Virus record (IMG/VR): IMGVR_UViG_3300021399_000146 | Direction: 5' to 3' (one strand) | Origin: an uncultured virus (IMG/VR IMGVR_UViG_3300021399_000146) | Lineage: Duplodnaviria > Heunggongvirae > Uroviricota > Caudoviricetes | DNA: 20,000 nt | Shown here: piece by piece, positions 1 through 8,871 of the stretch | Layout of the letters: each line of letters begins with the position of its first letter | Position numbering within the stretch: the stretch's first letter is position 1 | Notes under the pieces: generated by a model | Seen by the model: the letters and a program-made list of their open reading frames with translations, nothing else | Databases searched by the model: none | Told to the model about the DNA's origin: nothing | Program-made: the position numbers and the translations under genes

Positions 1-1118
1 CGACGGTCACCTTTGATACGACCTTTGTCTTCAAGGAACTTAACAAGAGTCCTCAAATTATCGGCACCATTCTTTCTCTTATCAATAATGATACGAGCGG
101 ATAGACCTGTCTTGGCATTTCCAGATTCATTTGTAGAAACCTTGGTGGGTTCAAAGAGTACCGTATTACCTTCAAAACCATCTGTGGCTTCATGATATCT
201 GGAGTCTTCTTTGATCTCACCGGTAAGCGTTATTAATGCAGAGGCATTATACTCGACACTTCTACCACCACTGATCTTGACATCCTTATTACCATACTGG
301 AACTGTTTCTTTGGTCCGGCAAATGCAGCCATAGCAACATTTGCATTCTCATGTGCGATTGTTATGAGAATGATATTTGCTTCTTTGAGCATCGGTAAGA
401 TATCATTAAGAACACCTTTAAGTGTTTTAGCGTTCTGCATACCGTCTGTGTTAGAACGCATTTCCTTCTGCTTATCCCATTCCTTCTTATCACGCATATC
501 ATATTCCTTGGCGATTACATCTGATAATGAATCCAGGAACACGAGTGTTGGTGGCATAAGCATGATGGGACGGTTGTGATCATCTACTTCTAACGTATCC
601 TTTGTTAACACATCTTTATATTTCATCTTGTTTTCATATATCTCTGTAATGTATTCCTGAAGAGTATCGTAACCGATAGCACCATTCTTGATAGTGTATC
701 GAGGATAGTCTTCATCGAACCATGACTCAGGCAGCTTAGTAAGAGTTTTAACTCTCTGAAGAGATAGTCTGTTTTCTGCATCAATGTGTACAACGTTACC
801 ACCGAACTGATATGCGATGTTTGCAACCATTTGGATACCGAGCGTTGTTTTGAACGACTGGGTTGCTCCTGTCAGTACATTGAATGATCCAGCCTGAAGA
901 CCTATACATTCTCTTTGTTTTATGATCTTACCTGATTCATCTCGAACATTCACGATATATCCAAGATAATAGTCTATAACAGATATTCCTGTAGGATAAC
1001 AATAATCAACAAGAGTATTCTTTTTGAATACTTTTGATGTTCCTCCTCCTGACAGGACTGTCATGATGTTAAGGTCCTTCAAATCAGCTTCCAGGGCTGA
1101 TGCTTTCTTAGTGGCCAA
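1..1118 (-). CDS. RecA/UvsX-like recombinase (3' end runs off window)
   Basis: Missing from the ORF track; translated manually from TTG at 1118 (RBS AAAGGAAG 7 nt upstream): MATKKASALE...YPTGISVIDYYLG...Walker A GATQSFKT...HIDAE...Walker B LVFLDS...SGGRSVEYNAS; frame open to position 1. Confidence 0.88.
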   Translation of the reverse strand, partial: MATKKASALEADLKDLNIMTVLSGGGTSKVFKKNTLVDYCYPTGISVIDYYLGYIVNVRDESGKIIKQRECIGLQAGSFNVLTGATQSFKTTLGIQMVANIAYQFGGNVVHIDAENRLSLQRVKTLTKLPESWFDEDYPRYTIKNGAIGYDTLQEYITEIYENKMKYKDVLTKDTLEVDDHNRPIMLMPPTLVFLDSLSDVIAKEYDMRDKKEWDKQKEMRSNTDGMQNAKTLKGVLNDILPMLKEANIILITIAHENANVAMAAFAGPKKQFQYGNKDVKISGGRSVEYNASALITLTGEIKEDSRYHEATDGFEGNTVLFEPTKVSTNESGNAKTGLSARIIIDKRKNGADNLRTLVKFLEDKGRIKGDR

Positions 1119-1153
1119 TTTGCATCTTCCTTTCTTATATGAATTTTGGTAAA

Positions 1154-1768
1154 CTACTGTTCATTGTCAACCAATGGTTTAATTTTGAATTTCTTATGGA
1201 GATAATCGTCAATGCTGACAGATAGAAGCGTGCGTCCGGTTTTATCATAATAAATGAATTCCAACTTGTTTTCAGTTGCACTTCTCAATACAGCATGTTT
1301 ACATTCACCAGCTTGATCATATACAGCATATGCCTTATAAAGTTCGAAATAATCGAGATCGAACTTTGTTCTAACTACCACACCTTTGATTGGAGTATAA
1401 CACTTAAGTTTTGCAGATTTAGATAATGCATGATCCTTAAGTTTTGTATACAGCCAATATATTGGCCCATGCTCGAATCCTTGGTCAAAGTCCGAATGGT
1501 CATTAAAGATTATACCATCGGAGATTATGATGTTATGATTGGAAATTGTACCAGTCCATATAGTAATAACTGTACCTTCATCGGATAAACTTGCACCTAC
1601 GCGTAACCCTTCTGATGCTGTTACTGGATATTTATACCATTCAAAATCACTAGTATTGGATTCATAATTCCATCGTCGACCCTCGTTGTTCCAGTCCTCG
1701 GTATATTGTGTCATCCAGCTTGTCATTATTTCACGGACTGTGTCAAATGATATTAATGGTGCGCACAT
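1154..1768 (-). CDS. hypothetical protein (C-terminal beta-rich module shared with paralogs)
   Basis: 204 aa ORF, RBS GAGGAGG upstream, co-oriented in operon. Confidence 0.75.
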   Translation of the reverse strand: MCAPLISFDTVREIMTSWMTQYTEDWNNEGRRWNYESNTSDFEWYKYPVTASEGLRVGASLSDEGTVITIWTGTISNHNIIISDGIIFNDHSDFDQGFEHGPIYWLYTKLKDHALSKSAKLKCYTPIKGVVVRTKFDLDYFELYKAYAVYDQAGECKHAVLRSATENKLEFIYYDKTGRTLLSVSIDDYLHKKFKIKPLVDNEQ

Positions 1769-1784
1769 ATTAATTTCCTCCTCT

Positions 1785-2114
1785 TTATCTTGATATGTTA
1801 TAATTAACAGCCATTGTTACAATGGCAGAAATAATGAATAACCATAACACACATAATGTCCAGAATAGTAAACGATATTTGATCAACTTCTTTTCTTTAG
1901 TAGAAAGAGTATTAGCATTTTCATTTTCATTTTCGGGATCACGCCATGCTTCAACAGTGGTTCTTACAATGTGTCTTAAATCATAGACTTCCTGTTTGAG
2001 ATCATCTATTGTATTCCCAATATCAAATGTTACTGCAAACAATGCTGCTAAACCAACAACACTACCAAGTGTTATAATGATATATAGAAGCACTTTCCAG
2101 AATCCTTCTAACAT
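1785..2114 (-). CDS. small membrane protein (2 predicted TM helices)
   Basis: Hydrophobic stretches at both ends; start moved to ATG 2114 because of RBS GAGGAG upstream. Confidence 0.7.
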   Translation of the reverse strand: MLEGFWKVLLYIIITLGSVVGLAALFAVTFDIGNTIDDLKQEVYDLRHIVRTTVEAWRDPENENENANTLSTKEKKLIKYRLLFWTLCVLWLFIISAIVTMAVNYNISR

Positions 2115-2118
2115 AATA

Positions 2119-2658
2119 TCACTCCTCATCGAATGTGATCATTTTAGAATGATCAGATAGATCACATATTTTTACATTACCCCTTAGAATGTCCACGAAT
2201 TTTATATCAACATTTTTACTTTGATATGTCATGAAGTTGAGTCTCGGCCACTTCCATGAATCCTCAGCGTCATACCCAGTATATATACCATAAAAGTCAT
2301 TGATAATCCAGTTATCAGGTGTTTTGATGAAATACGCATCACCGATATTGAAATTGTTGTCTATAATATCCGTATCGGCTTTTAATCCACCCATTGTGAT
2401 ATGGTATTTATTACCAAGGGTATCAATTCTATCTTTTGGACTCCAGATATGCTGATCATTAAGCTGTATGTCAGCCCAATATAAAATTAAACCTTTAGCA
2501 GCAGTCATGAATGTCAGTTTATTAGGTTTATATTCTGACAATATACCACATATCTTTTCTTCTTTTGTATGTCCATCATCATCGGTAACGAATTTGTGTA
2601 AGATATATGCATCTCCTACAACATACATCTTTTCATCAAACTTATATGTCATTATCAT
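2119..2658 (-). CDS. hypothetical protein with internal duplication
   Basis: 179 aa, RBS AGGAGG; two copies of (V/I)GDAY...G(I)...L(T/N)FMT. Confidence 0.75.
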   Translation of the reverse strand: MIMTYKFDEKMYVVGDAYILHKFVTDDDGHTKEEKICGILSEYKPNKLTFMTAAKGLILYWADIQLNDQHIWSPKDRIDTLGNKYHITMGGLKADTDIIDNNFNIGDAYFIKTPDNWIINDFYGIYTGYDAEDSWKWPRLNFMTYQSKNVDIKFVDILRGNVKICDLSDHSKMITFDEE

Positions 2659-2830
2659 TTCCTCCTTTTAAAACATTTCTGTTATGTTCATTATCCAGAA
2701 TATCAAATCCCAATATTTTTCCGTCACCAGTGATCCTCATACCTTCGATGAGATATTCGTGATATTTAAACAATCCTTCTTTCTCCAAAACATCATTCGG
2801 GTTTGGAGTCTCTGTTGATTTTTGATTCAT
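2642..2830 (-). CDS. small hypothetical protein (start uncertain)
   Basis: 62 aa ORF filling the gap between neighbours and overlapping both. Confidence 0.45.
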   Translation of the reverse strand: MNQKSTETPNPNDVLEKEGLFKYHEYLIEGMRITGDGKILGFDILDNEHNRNVLKGGNDNDI

Positions 2831-3857
2831 AGTCTTTAATCTCCTCCGTTACATCCATGCCATACTTGTCTTTTACATATTCTATTAATGCAGGTACAGG
2901 TTCAACAACAATGTTATTTGTAATAGCATCATTGATTTTACCATTTACCTCATCATGTTCAATATGTTCTGACATGATCTGATATTTCACAAACTGATTA
3001 TTTTTATAAGCATTCATGATACCATGATACTCACTGAGTTCACCATTCTTACAATGAATGATAAATCTATGTGGGGATGCTATATCCTTTGATAACCACG
3101 ATCTCAATTCTTCACATGAATTGATATGAACGGTAATGAATTCCATGGCGAATTCATTCGGTACTGTTTCGACTTCAAAGTTATCATTTGCAAAGAAGAA
3201 TACTCTCTTTTCATCTTCACCATACTTCCAACGTAACCATGGTCCTGTGTAGTATACTCCATTACCAAAATCAGTATATCCATGATAATGACCGAATACA
3301 CATAACTTGGAAATACTTCCCAATTGTTCTGCAGAATGAAGTATCTCATACTGTGTTGATTTACATGGTGATTTTACTTCAGATGATACAGGACCATGGC
3401 CAACTATCAAGTCATAGTTTTCTTTGAAAGCCTGCGAATAATCTATGCTGCCGCGGTATTCTTGCGGTAAATACAATACAGATGCCCCGTTATGGAGTTT
3501 ACCTTTACATGCAGTCTTTGTATAAAAGATTTCCGTATCAGGGAGTTTCTCAAGTAACGGCATGAACATTTCATACTGTTCATTATCATGAGTATATGTA
3601 CCATGAATGAAATGAACGGGTACATGTTGGATACCATTTCTACCACAGTTGTTCATGACAAGATTAACAAGTATCAGTGATGCAAACTTTATTTCTTCAA
3701 CATTTAATTTGTGATCAAATAGATCACCGACAACAAATATACAATGACATTCTTCTTTATGTTCTTTGATCAAACCCAGGAACTTATCCAAAGATTTCAA
3801 AAAGTCTGAATATGGTAATTTGACTCCCAGATGGAGATCTCCTATAAAAGCATACAT
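2793..3857 (-). CDS. Mre11/SbcD-like metallophosphoesterase nuclease
   Basis: Calcineurin-like motifs GDLHLG, GDLFD, HGTYTHD, GH, FGHYH, then YTG. Confidence 0.88.
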   Translation of the reverse strand: MYAFIGDLHLGVKLPYSDFLKSLDKFLGLIKEHKEECHCIFVVGDLFDHKLNVEEIKFASLILVNLVMNNCGRNGIQHVPVHFIHGTYTHDNEQYEMFMPLLEKLPDTEIFYTKTACKGKLHNGASVLYLPQEYRGSIDYSQAFKENYDLIVGHGPVSSEVKSPCKSTQYEILHSAEQLGSISKLCVFGHYHGYTDFGNGVYYTGPWLRWKYGEDEKRVFFFANDNFEVETVPNEFAMEFITVHINSCEELRSWLSKDIASPHRFIIHCKNGELSEYHGIMNAYKNNQFVKYQIMSEHIEHDEVNGKINDAITNNIVVEPVPALIEYVKDKYGMDVTEEIKDYESKINRDSKPE

Positions 3858-3862
3858 TCATA

Positions 3863-4588
3863 TCATTCCTTCTTATTTATTTCGGCCATGTCATATAATT
3901 CTGACAATAAACAGATTGCATAACAATCTTTCATTCCATCAAACATCTCATCTTCTGTTATGTCATGACGAGTGAATATAACAGGATAGTCATGTGGATC
4001 TACTCGGTTTCTCTTAAAGAGGAACCCACATCGAACATCCGATGATACCGGTTCAACCACACTTTCTAATGTATATAATTTTTTGTCTAATATGATATAT
4101 AATGGAGTATGTGATTCAGTATAACCTGATATCAATTCACTCAAAAGAGTTAGATCAGCCTCACTCTTATGTTTCGGATACATTTTAGATTTAAGCTCAT
4201 TCATGTCACTTAGAGAATATTCATATATTTTTGATGGTAAGCAATACCTTGTTAAAAATGCTGGTGATATGAATAACTTTCTACCAGACTTTATCCGACC
4301 GACATGATTTTGAACTGGAACACCTTCACCATCATCACCATATGGATATTCAATTCGTATTGGACCTTCGGGAACTATTTCCAATTCGTTTGTAAACAAT
4401 TCACAATGATAAAATGTAACAGACCCCATCACTACGAATGGTGTTGTTGACGGTTCTAATTTATAACGATATGACTCTGTCAATGTAATAACCGGCGGTT
4501 TGAATATACCGTCAACGTATTGCATATCCTCATGAGGACAATAATCCCACATAGGTGGAATCTCATATTGTCTATAATTTTTATCCAT
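3863..4588 (-). CDS. hypothetical protein
   Basis: 241 aa ORF with RBS GGAGG. Confidence 0.7.
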   Translation of the reverse strand: MDKNYRQYEIPPMWDYCPHEDMQYVDGIFKPPVITLTESYRYKLEPSTTPFVVMGSVTFYHCELFTNELEIVPEGPIRIEYPYGDDGEGVPVQNHVGRIKSGRKLFISPAFLTRYCLPSKIYEYSLSDMNELKSKMYPKHKSEADLTLLSELISGYTESHTPLYIILDKKLYTLESVVEPVSSDVRCGFLFKRNRVDPHDYPVIFTRHDITEDEMFDGMKDCYAICLLSELYDMAEINKKE

Positions 4589-4659
4589 TTATATGTACCT
4601 CCTATATAACTTGTAACACAACAGAAGATGCTTAGGGTTTGTAGCGTGTGAGATTAATT

Positions 4660-4690
4660 AAAAATTGTGGTTGGTGGGATTAACCACAAT
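4660..4690 (-). terminator. intrinsic terminator overlapping the peptide stop codon
   Basis: ATTGTGGTT-N9-AACCACAAT followed by TTTT on the minus strand. Confidence 0.6.
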
Positions 4691-4733
4691 AAACTTCAGA
4701 ACCTGAAGTGTTTGGGATATAGATTTCTCCCAT
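4680..4733 (-). CDS. 17-aa peptide MGEIYIPNTSGSEVYCG
   Basis: RBS AAAGGAG 8 nt before ATG, promoter-like motif upstream, terminator at stop. Confidence 0.55.
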   Translation of the reverse strand: MGEIYIPNTSGSEVYCG

Positions 4734-4773
4734 AATATCAACTCCTTTCAAGAATATATTTCTTCTGTTGTGT

Positions 4774-4792
4774 TCAAGTCAATAATATGTGT
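4774..4792 (-). promoter_or_regulatory. putative phage promoter motif copy 1 (ACACATATTATTGACTTGA)
   Basis: Same consensus and spacing as 3 other intergenic copies; directly downstream of a terminator. Confidence 0.65.
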
Positions 4793-4801
4793 AAACAAAA
4801 G

Positions 4802-4833
4802 AAAAAAAAAATACGGGGCATTACGCCCCGTAT
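4802..4833 (-). terminator. intrinsic terminator
   Basis: ATACGGGGC-N5-GCCCCGTAT plus T run; near-identical copy at 17872-17903. Confidence 0.85.
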
Positions 4834-4838
4834 AAATT

Positions 4839-5390
4839 CTACTTTATCTTTATTTTGTCGCATACTCGACAGAATGTACTTATCATTCTATCAAGTGATA
4901 AATAGTCTGCAACATTCGCAGTTGCATCCGTTGAGAATTTGTCAATGTACTTTATTTTTCTTCTATCGACAATACCCCATTTGAATGTACAGGATGTATC
5001 ATCGAATTCTCTACAGCCTGCCTTCTCAAGCTCTATACACAGAGCTTTCGAATTGTTGATTATAATCCAGAAACTATATGAGTCTCTAATCTCATAATCG
5101 ATATCATAATAAAATTTGTCAAAATGTTTTTCAACAAATTCGATTATGAACTTTACGGCTTTTGGCCATTGTTCATAGTTGTTCTTCATCTTACGCAATG
5201 AATCTTCATTCACCATGAGTTGACGTAACTTGAAGCAACTATCAACACTACCGGAGTCTTCTGATAAGAGACTAGATAATGTTTTCTCAATCTCTTCGTT
5301 ACGACTCTTCTCGTTCGTATCTAAGATCTTTTTAAGTTCCTCCGAGATCTTCGATACCATTGTTTCTGCTTTCATTTCTTTTTCCTCCAT
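4839..5390 (-). CDS. hypothetical protein (N-terminal coiled-coil-like)
   Basis: 183 aa ORF ending just before the terminator. Confidence 0.7.
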   Translation of the reverse strand: MEEKEMKAETMVSKISEELKKILDTNEKSRNEEIEKTLSSLLSEDSGSVDSCFKLRQLMVNEDSLRKMKNNYEQWPKAVKFIIEFVEKHFDKFYYDIDYEIRDSYSFWIIINNSKALCIELEKAGCREFDDTSCTFKWGIVDRRKIKYIDKFSTDATANVADYLSLDRMISTFCRVCDKIKIK

Positions 5391-5709
5391 TTTCTTTATT
5401 TTTTATTCTCGATACAGCACTCTGACTGAATCGAAGAATATTTGCAGCATCTCGTTGTGAAAAGTGTTGATTGTCAACGAGATCATTTATAATATCCTTT
5501 GTATTTTTATTTATGTCATACATCAGGATAGTTTCCACATTATTTATATCAGGGACTATCACCGTGTGAAAATAAGATTTCATTACGAAACCTTTTATGT
5601 ATTCATCACGGTGAATTATTTTTCGTTTAAAAAAGTATATTTCGATAATAGAATTCTGATCTTCATCTATCATCGAACATACTCTTTTTGCACATTCCAT
5701 CAGAGTCAT
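5332..5709 (-). CDS. putative helix-turn-helix protein
   Basis: SQRDAANILRFSQSAVSRI HTH signature; RBS GAGGAG. Confidence 0.65.
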   Translation of the reverse strand: MTLMECAKRVCSMIDEDQNSIIEIYFFKRKIIHRDEYIKGFVMKSYFHTVIVPDINNVETILMYDINKNTKDIINDLVDNQHFSQRDAANILRFSQSAVSRIKNKENGGKRNESRNNGIEDLGGT

Positions 5710-5913
5710 TGTATCACTCTCCTCTTGATTTTTAGTATCTATATCAATTGATTATTTTTAAAATGAGTGGGGTGTACTATACACCCCGGAAATAAAGCGG
5801 GTGATCGGATTTACCCTATAAATAAAATTATACAGCGCGGGCTTAAAGCCCGCATGTGGAAGTTAAAGAAATGCCCCACACGTATTTTCGGAGAAAGAAC
5901 ATACGTGTGGGTT

Positions 5914-5987
5914 TGGTTAGGGCAGTGGGGTTCGAACCCACGATGACAGAGTCAAAGTCTGTTGCCTTGCCACTTGGCTATACCCTA
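5914..5987 (-). tRNA. tRNA-Gln(TTG)
   Basis: Full cloverleaf, ACAGA-CTTTGAC-TCTGT, encoded CCA. Confidence 0.93.
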
Positions 5988-6009
5988 ATATATAATACTG
6001 TATTCATTC

Positions 6010-6028
6010 TCATGTTAATAATATATAT
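6010..6028 (-). promoter_or_regulatory. putative phage promoter motif copy 2 (ATATATATTATTAACATGA)
   Basis: Consensus match, between terminator and tRNA-Gln. Confidence 0.65.
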
Positions 6029-6031
6029 TTG

Positions 6032-6068
6032 AAAAAAGAAAAAGAATTGTGGGGGGCATAAAGCCCCC
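6032..6068 (-). terminator. intrinsic terminator ending the Ro60/Y-RNA unit
   Basis: GGGGGC-TTTAT-GCCCCC hairpin followed by T-rich tract on the minus strand. Confidence 0.7.
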
Positions 6069-6140
6069 AAGGTAAATGATGAAACTATTTGTAGAACGTC
6101 GGAGGTCCACCAATGGATCCTAACCAAGGTGGGCCATATA

Positions 6141-6323
6141 TAAAACCGCTCATGAGAATAATGGTGGCAGTGTATAGTTTGCCCAGCGCCTCCGTGTTAA
6201 ACGCAGTATCCTGTTCCCGATACCATCGGCTTTAATGTTTAACTACAACCGGGGAGTGTCTTTTAAAATAATTATCAATTATTCAATGAAGTAACACTAC
6301 CGTCTGCTTCATGAGCGGTTTTA
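6141..6323 (-). ncRNA. Y-RNA-like RNA A (YrlA-type module with non-tRNA cargo)
   Basis: 15-bp terminal inverted repeat; GAAGCAG, GGTAGTGT/ACACTGCC stem, TACTTC and TTCTC motifs; begins 7 nt after the Ro60 stop. Confidence 0.75.
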
Positions 6324-6330
6324 AACTTAT

Positions 6331-8055
6331 TTAATTTTTGGGAGACTCATGAGGAGAAGTGCTCTTCCACTCTATGTTATCCCACTGCTTGATGTATTCG
6401 TGTGCAAAGAGTATCTCTTTGCCAGTCCATCCTGTAAGCATTGCACATCTGTATGTCATCTGAGGAACTACGACGTTGTCATATCCCGCAGTCTGAACAG
6501 AGAATACATTGAGCTTTGGGTTAACCTTCTTACGGTAATCAAGTATAAGCTTGTATACATTGATCATACCGCGAAGGTCTACTTGTCTATCCCTTCCCCA
6601 TACTTTGTATGTCCAACGTGAACGCTGTCCATACTTATAACTGAACTCATCTATGTATTCCCTCTGATCCTTGCCGGTTCCATACAGACCACCACAGCCT
6701 GCTTGCATGTCAGAGAATATGAACAAGTTGTCAACCCATACATGATTCTCGATAGCATTCTTGAACCATTTCCAGATTCCTCCTTCGGTCTGACCACCGA
6801 TATCAGAATAATGGTCGGCATCGATTTCTGATGCCTGTTTGAGAACACCATTTCTGTGTGAAACAGGAAACTCTTTGTAGTTGTCACCGAACTTGACAAC
6901 GTAGCCCTCATCTGAACACTGCGCTGCAATGACAGATGACAGATTGTCGATATGCGCTACTGTGGTAGAACCGTATTCACTTGTCAGTGCACCCCAAGCG
7001 GAGCCGGAGTTATCAGACAGAGATACGGTAACACCTTTGAGTTTAGGGAGGTTCTCGACTGCGGCATCGATACACTCCTCAAGACCGTCAAGTATAACAG
7101 GAAGATGATGTACTTTACTCTCATTCTTGAGTCTGTTGTAAGCAGCCTCATATCTGAATGGGAACTGTTTTCCTTCCTTTACGCCATCCTTAAGATCAGC
7201 CATATATGCCTTGCAGAATTCAATATCATCGATTTCTGTGAAGACATTCTTGATGTTCCTCAGGAGAGCCATGTGTCCCATCTTGGTAGTAGCAAGAATA
7301 TCCTTCCAGCTCATACCACGAGACTTCTTCTGCTCCCATGTCTCATCCTCTTCTTTAACCTGAACCGTACCAGTCTTCATAAGTTCATCAAGAACCTCTG
7401 AATTAGCATGAGTCAAGCGTACTGCATTGATCATACCAAGATCAGCATTCTTATACTTATTAACCTGATAACGGCCAAGATGAGAAAGCTTATCAGCTAT
7501 ACTCCTCTTGAGGATAGAAGGCATGTTGTTCTTCTTACCTTCGTTGATGAAGAGGTAATAAGAACACTGTGATGCAGGCTCATCAGCCCTCATCATAACC
7601 TGTGCATTATATTCGTTGAACTTGCCAGGATTCTGGTCAGACCATTCTTTCCTTTTGGGATGAACGGCTGCACGAACCATGATTACCTGAGGATTCAACC
7701 TCATGTAGTAATCCTTTCTAAGCTCAACCGCAAGTTTCAGAGTTCCCTCAAAGTCATAGTCAAGAGCCTTGTCTATAACCTCCTGGAAGATCTCCGTTGT
7801 TGACTTCTTATCATAGTCTTTCGTGATGAGTTCATCATCTTCGAAAGTAGCATCTTCCTTCTCAAATGTTCCATCTGAGATGTTGTTTCTGTAATAGGAA
7901 GGCTCACCAAAGATAGAAGAAGCAGCAACCATTTTGAGAGTATCGAGTGGATTAATCTTATAAGATTGACCTCCCATAAAGTTTGTCACTACTTCATCAG
8001 GCTTGAGTTTCTGATTATCAGTCATCTTCTTAGCCATGTCTGAAATTCTGCTCAT
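6331..8055 (-). CDS. Ro60/TROVE-domain RNA-binding protein (Rsr-like, TROVE + vWA)
   Basis: 574 aa; N-terminal NFMGGQSY, HMALLRNI, QFPFRY, vWA MIDAS DNSGS and later FSD motif; RBS AAGGAGG. Confidence 0.92.
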   Translation of the reverse strand: MSRISDMAKKMTDNQKLKPDEVVTNFMGGQSYKINPLDTLKMVAASSIFGEPSYYRNNISDGTFEKEDATFEDDELITKDYDKKSTTEIFQEVIDKALDYDFEGTLKLAVELRKDYYMRLNPQVIMVRAAVHPKRKEWSDQNPGKFNEYNAQVMMRADEPASQCSYYLFINEGKKNNMPSILKRSIADKLSHLGRYQVNKYKNADLGMINAVRLTHANSEVLDELMKTGTVQVKEEDETWEQKKSRGMSWKDILATTKMGHMALLRNIKNVFTEIDDIEFCKAYMADLKDGVKEGKQFPFRYEAAYNRLKNESKVHHLPVILDGLEECIDAAVENLPKLKGVTVSLSDNSGSAWGALTSEYGSTTVAHIDNLSSVIAAQCSDEGYVVKFGDNYKEFPVSHRNGVLKQASEIDADHYSDIGGQTEGGIWKWFKNAIENHVWVDNLFIFSDMQAGCGGLYGTGKDQREYIDEFSYKYGQRSRWTYKVWGRDRQVDLRGMINVYKLILDYRKKVNPKLNVFSVQTAGYDNVVVPQMTYRCAMLTGWTGKEILFAHEYIKQWDNIEWKSTSPHESPKN

Positions 8056-8101
8056 AACGTTTCCTCCTTTGAAAAAATATGTTATGGAATAATATATTAA
8101 A

Positions 8102-8225
8102 ATAGACCCATAAGAATATTTATACTGTGTAAATTTTATATCCCGCGGAGACAGTTGCGGTCGCTAAACATTGTCAGCATTTTGGCGTCTCGAAGTAACA
8201 GCATAGGTCTGCATTATGGGTCTAT
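8102..8225 (-). ncRNA. Y-RNA-like RNA B (module with pseudoknot-like cargo)
   Basis: 12-bp terminal IR ATAGACCCATAA; TGCAG, TATGCTGT/ACAGTATA, TACTTC, TTCTT. Confidence 0.75.
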
Positions 8226-8236
8226 AATAATAAGCG

Positions 8237-8386
8237 AACATGCATGAGAATATTGGTACGGCGTACATAACCCATCTTTTGGAAAGATGGGTCGTCAGGA
8301 ATTGAACCTGAAATGTAAGATTTGCAGTCTTATGTGTTTACCATATTTCACCACGAAGTATCCGTACCGACTGCATCATGCATGTT
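8237..8386 (-). ncRNA. Y-RNA-like RNA C containing a complete permuted tRNA-Cys(GCA) cloverleaf
   Basis: 11-bp terminal IR; module plus D arm, TAAGA-CTGCAAA-TCTTA, TCAGG-TTCAATT-CCTGA, and an acceptor hairpin closed by a CCA loop. Confidence 0.8.
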
Positions 8387-8413
8387 TTTAAAGGGATTGG
8401 GTAATACAACCCT

Positions 8414-8491
8414 TGGTCTCACATACTTGATTTGAACAAGTGATCTTCCGGGTATGAACCGGACGCTCTGGGCCAACTAAGCTAATGTGAG
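8414..8491 (-). tRNA. tRNA-Met(CAT), probably elongator
   Basis: TCCGG-TTCATAC-CCGGA, paired 1:72, A73, CCA. Confidence 0.85.
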
Positions 8492-8495
8492 AATA

Positions 8496-8637
8496 GATAT
8501 TATAACGAGAATAATGATAGGGTTTAATAAGCCAAACGCTCTAACCTATTGAGCTAATTTCCTAAGACAGGGAATAAAAGAATCGAACTTTCAACATTTT
8601 GGGAAGTAACCCATATCGACTGCTTCGTTATAATATC
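8496..8637 (-). ncRNA. Y-RNA-like RNA D (canonical YrlA topology)
   Basis: 13-bp terminal IR; module, then CCAAA, T arm (TTCGATT), loop-closed acceptor, D arm GCTC/GAGC, TTTGG. Confidence 0.85.
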
Positions 8638-8639
8638 AT

Positions 8640-8715
8640 TGGTGGACCCGGATAGAATCGAACTATCGACACGTGGTTCTTCAGACCACTGCTCTACCAA
8701 CTGAGCTACAGATCC
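8640..8715 (-). tRNA. tRNA-Phe(GAA)
   Basis: 76-nt cloverleaf, GTGGT-CTGAAGA-ACCAC, CCA. Confidence 0.95.
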
Positions 8716-8720
8716 ATTTA

Positions 8721-8868
8721 AAACATAAACGAGAAAAATGCATTCGGGTTATGGTCTTACCAGTGACCGGCATAGCCCATAGGACTATGAAGAGATTCGA
8801 ACTCTTGGATCGGTTTTAACGTGACATGTTAATCGAAGTAACCGAACGCTACTGCATCGTTTATGTTT
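8721..8868 (-). ncRNA. Y-RNA-like RNA E (permuted tRNA retaining an Asp-like GTC anticodon hairpin)
   Basis: 12-bp terminal IR; module, TTAAC-ATGTCAC-GTTAA, AAGAG-TTCGAAT-CTCTT, closed acceptor, GGTC/GACC D arm. Confidence 0.8.
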
Positions 8869-8871
8869 AAT

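Noticed and set aside
13..826. ORFs 13-195, 211-579 and 623-826
   Set aside because: Antisense or off-frame shadows of the RecA-like gene that the track missed because it runs off the window.
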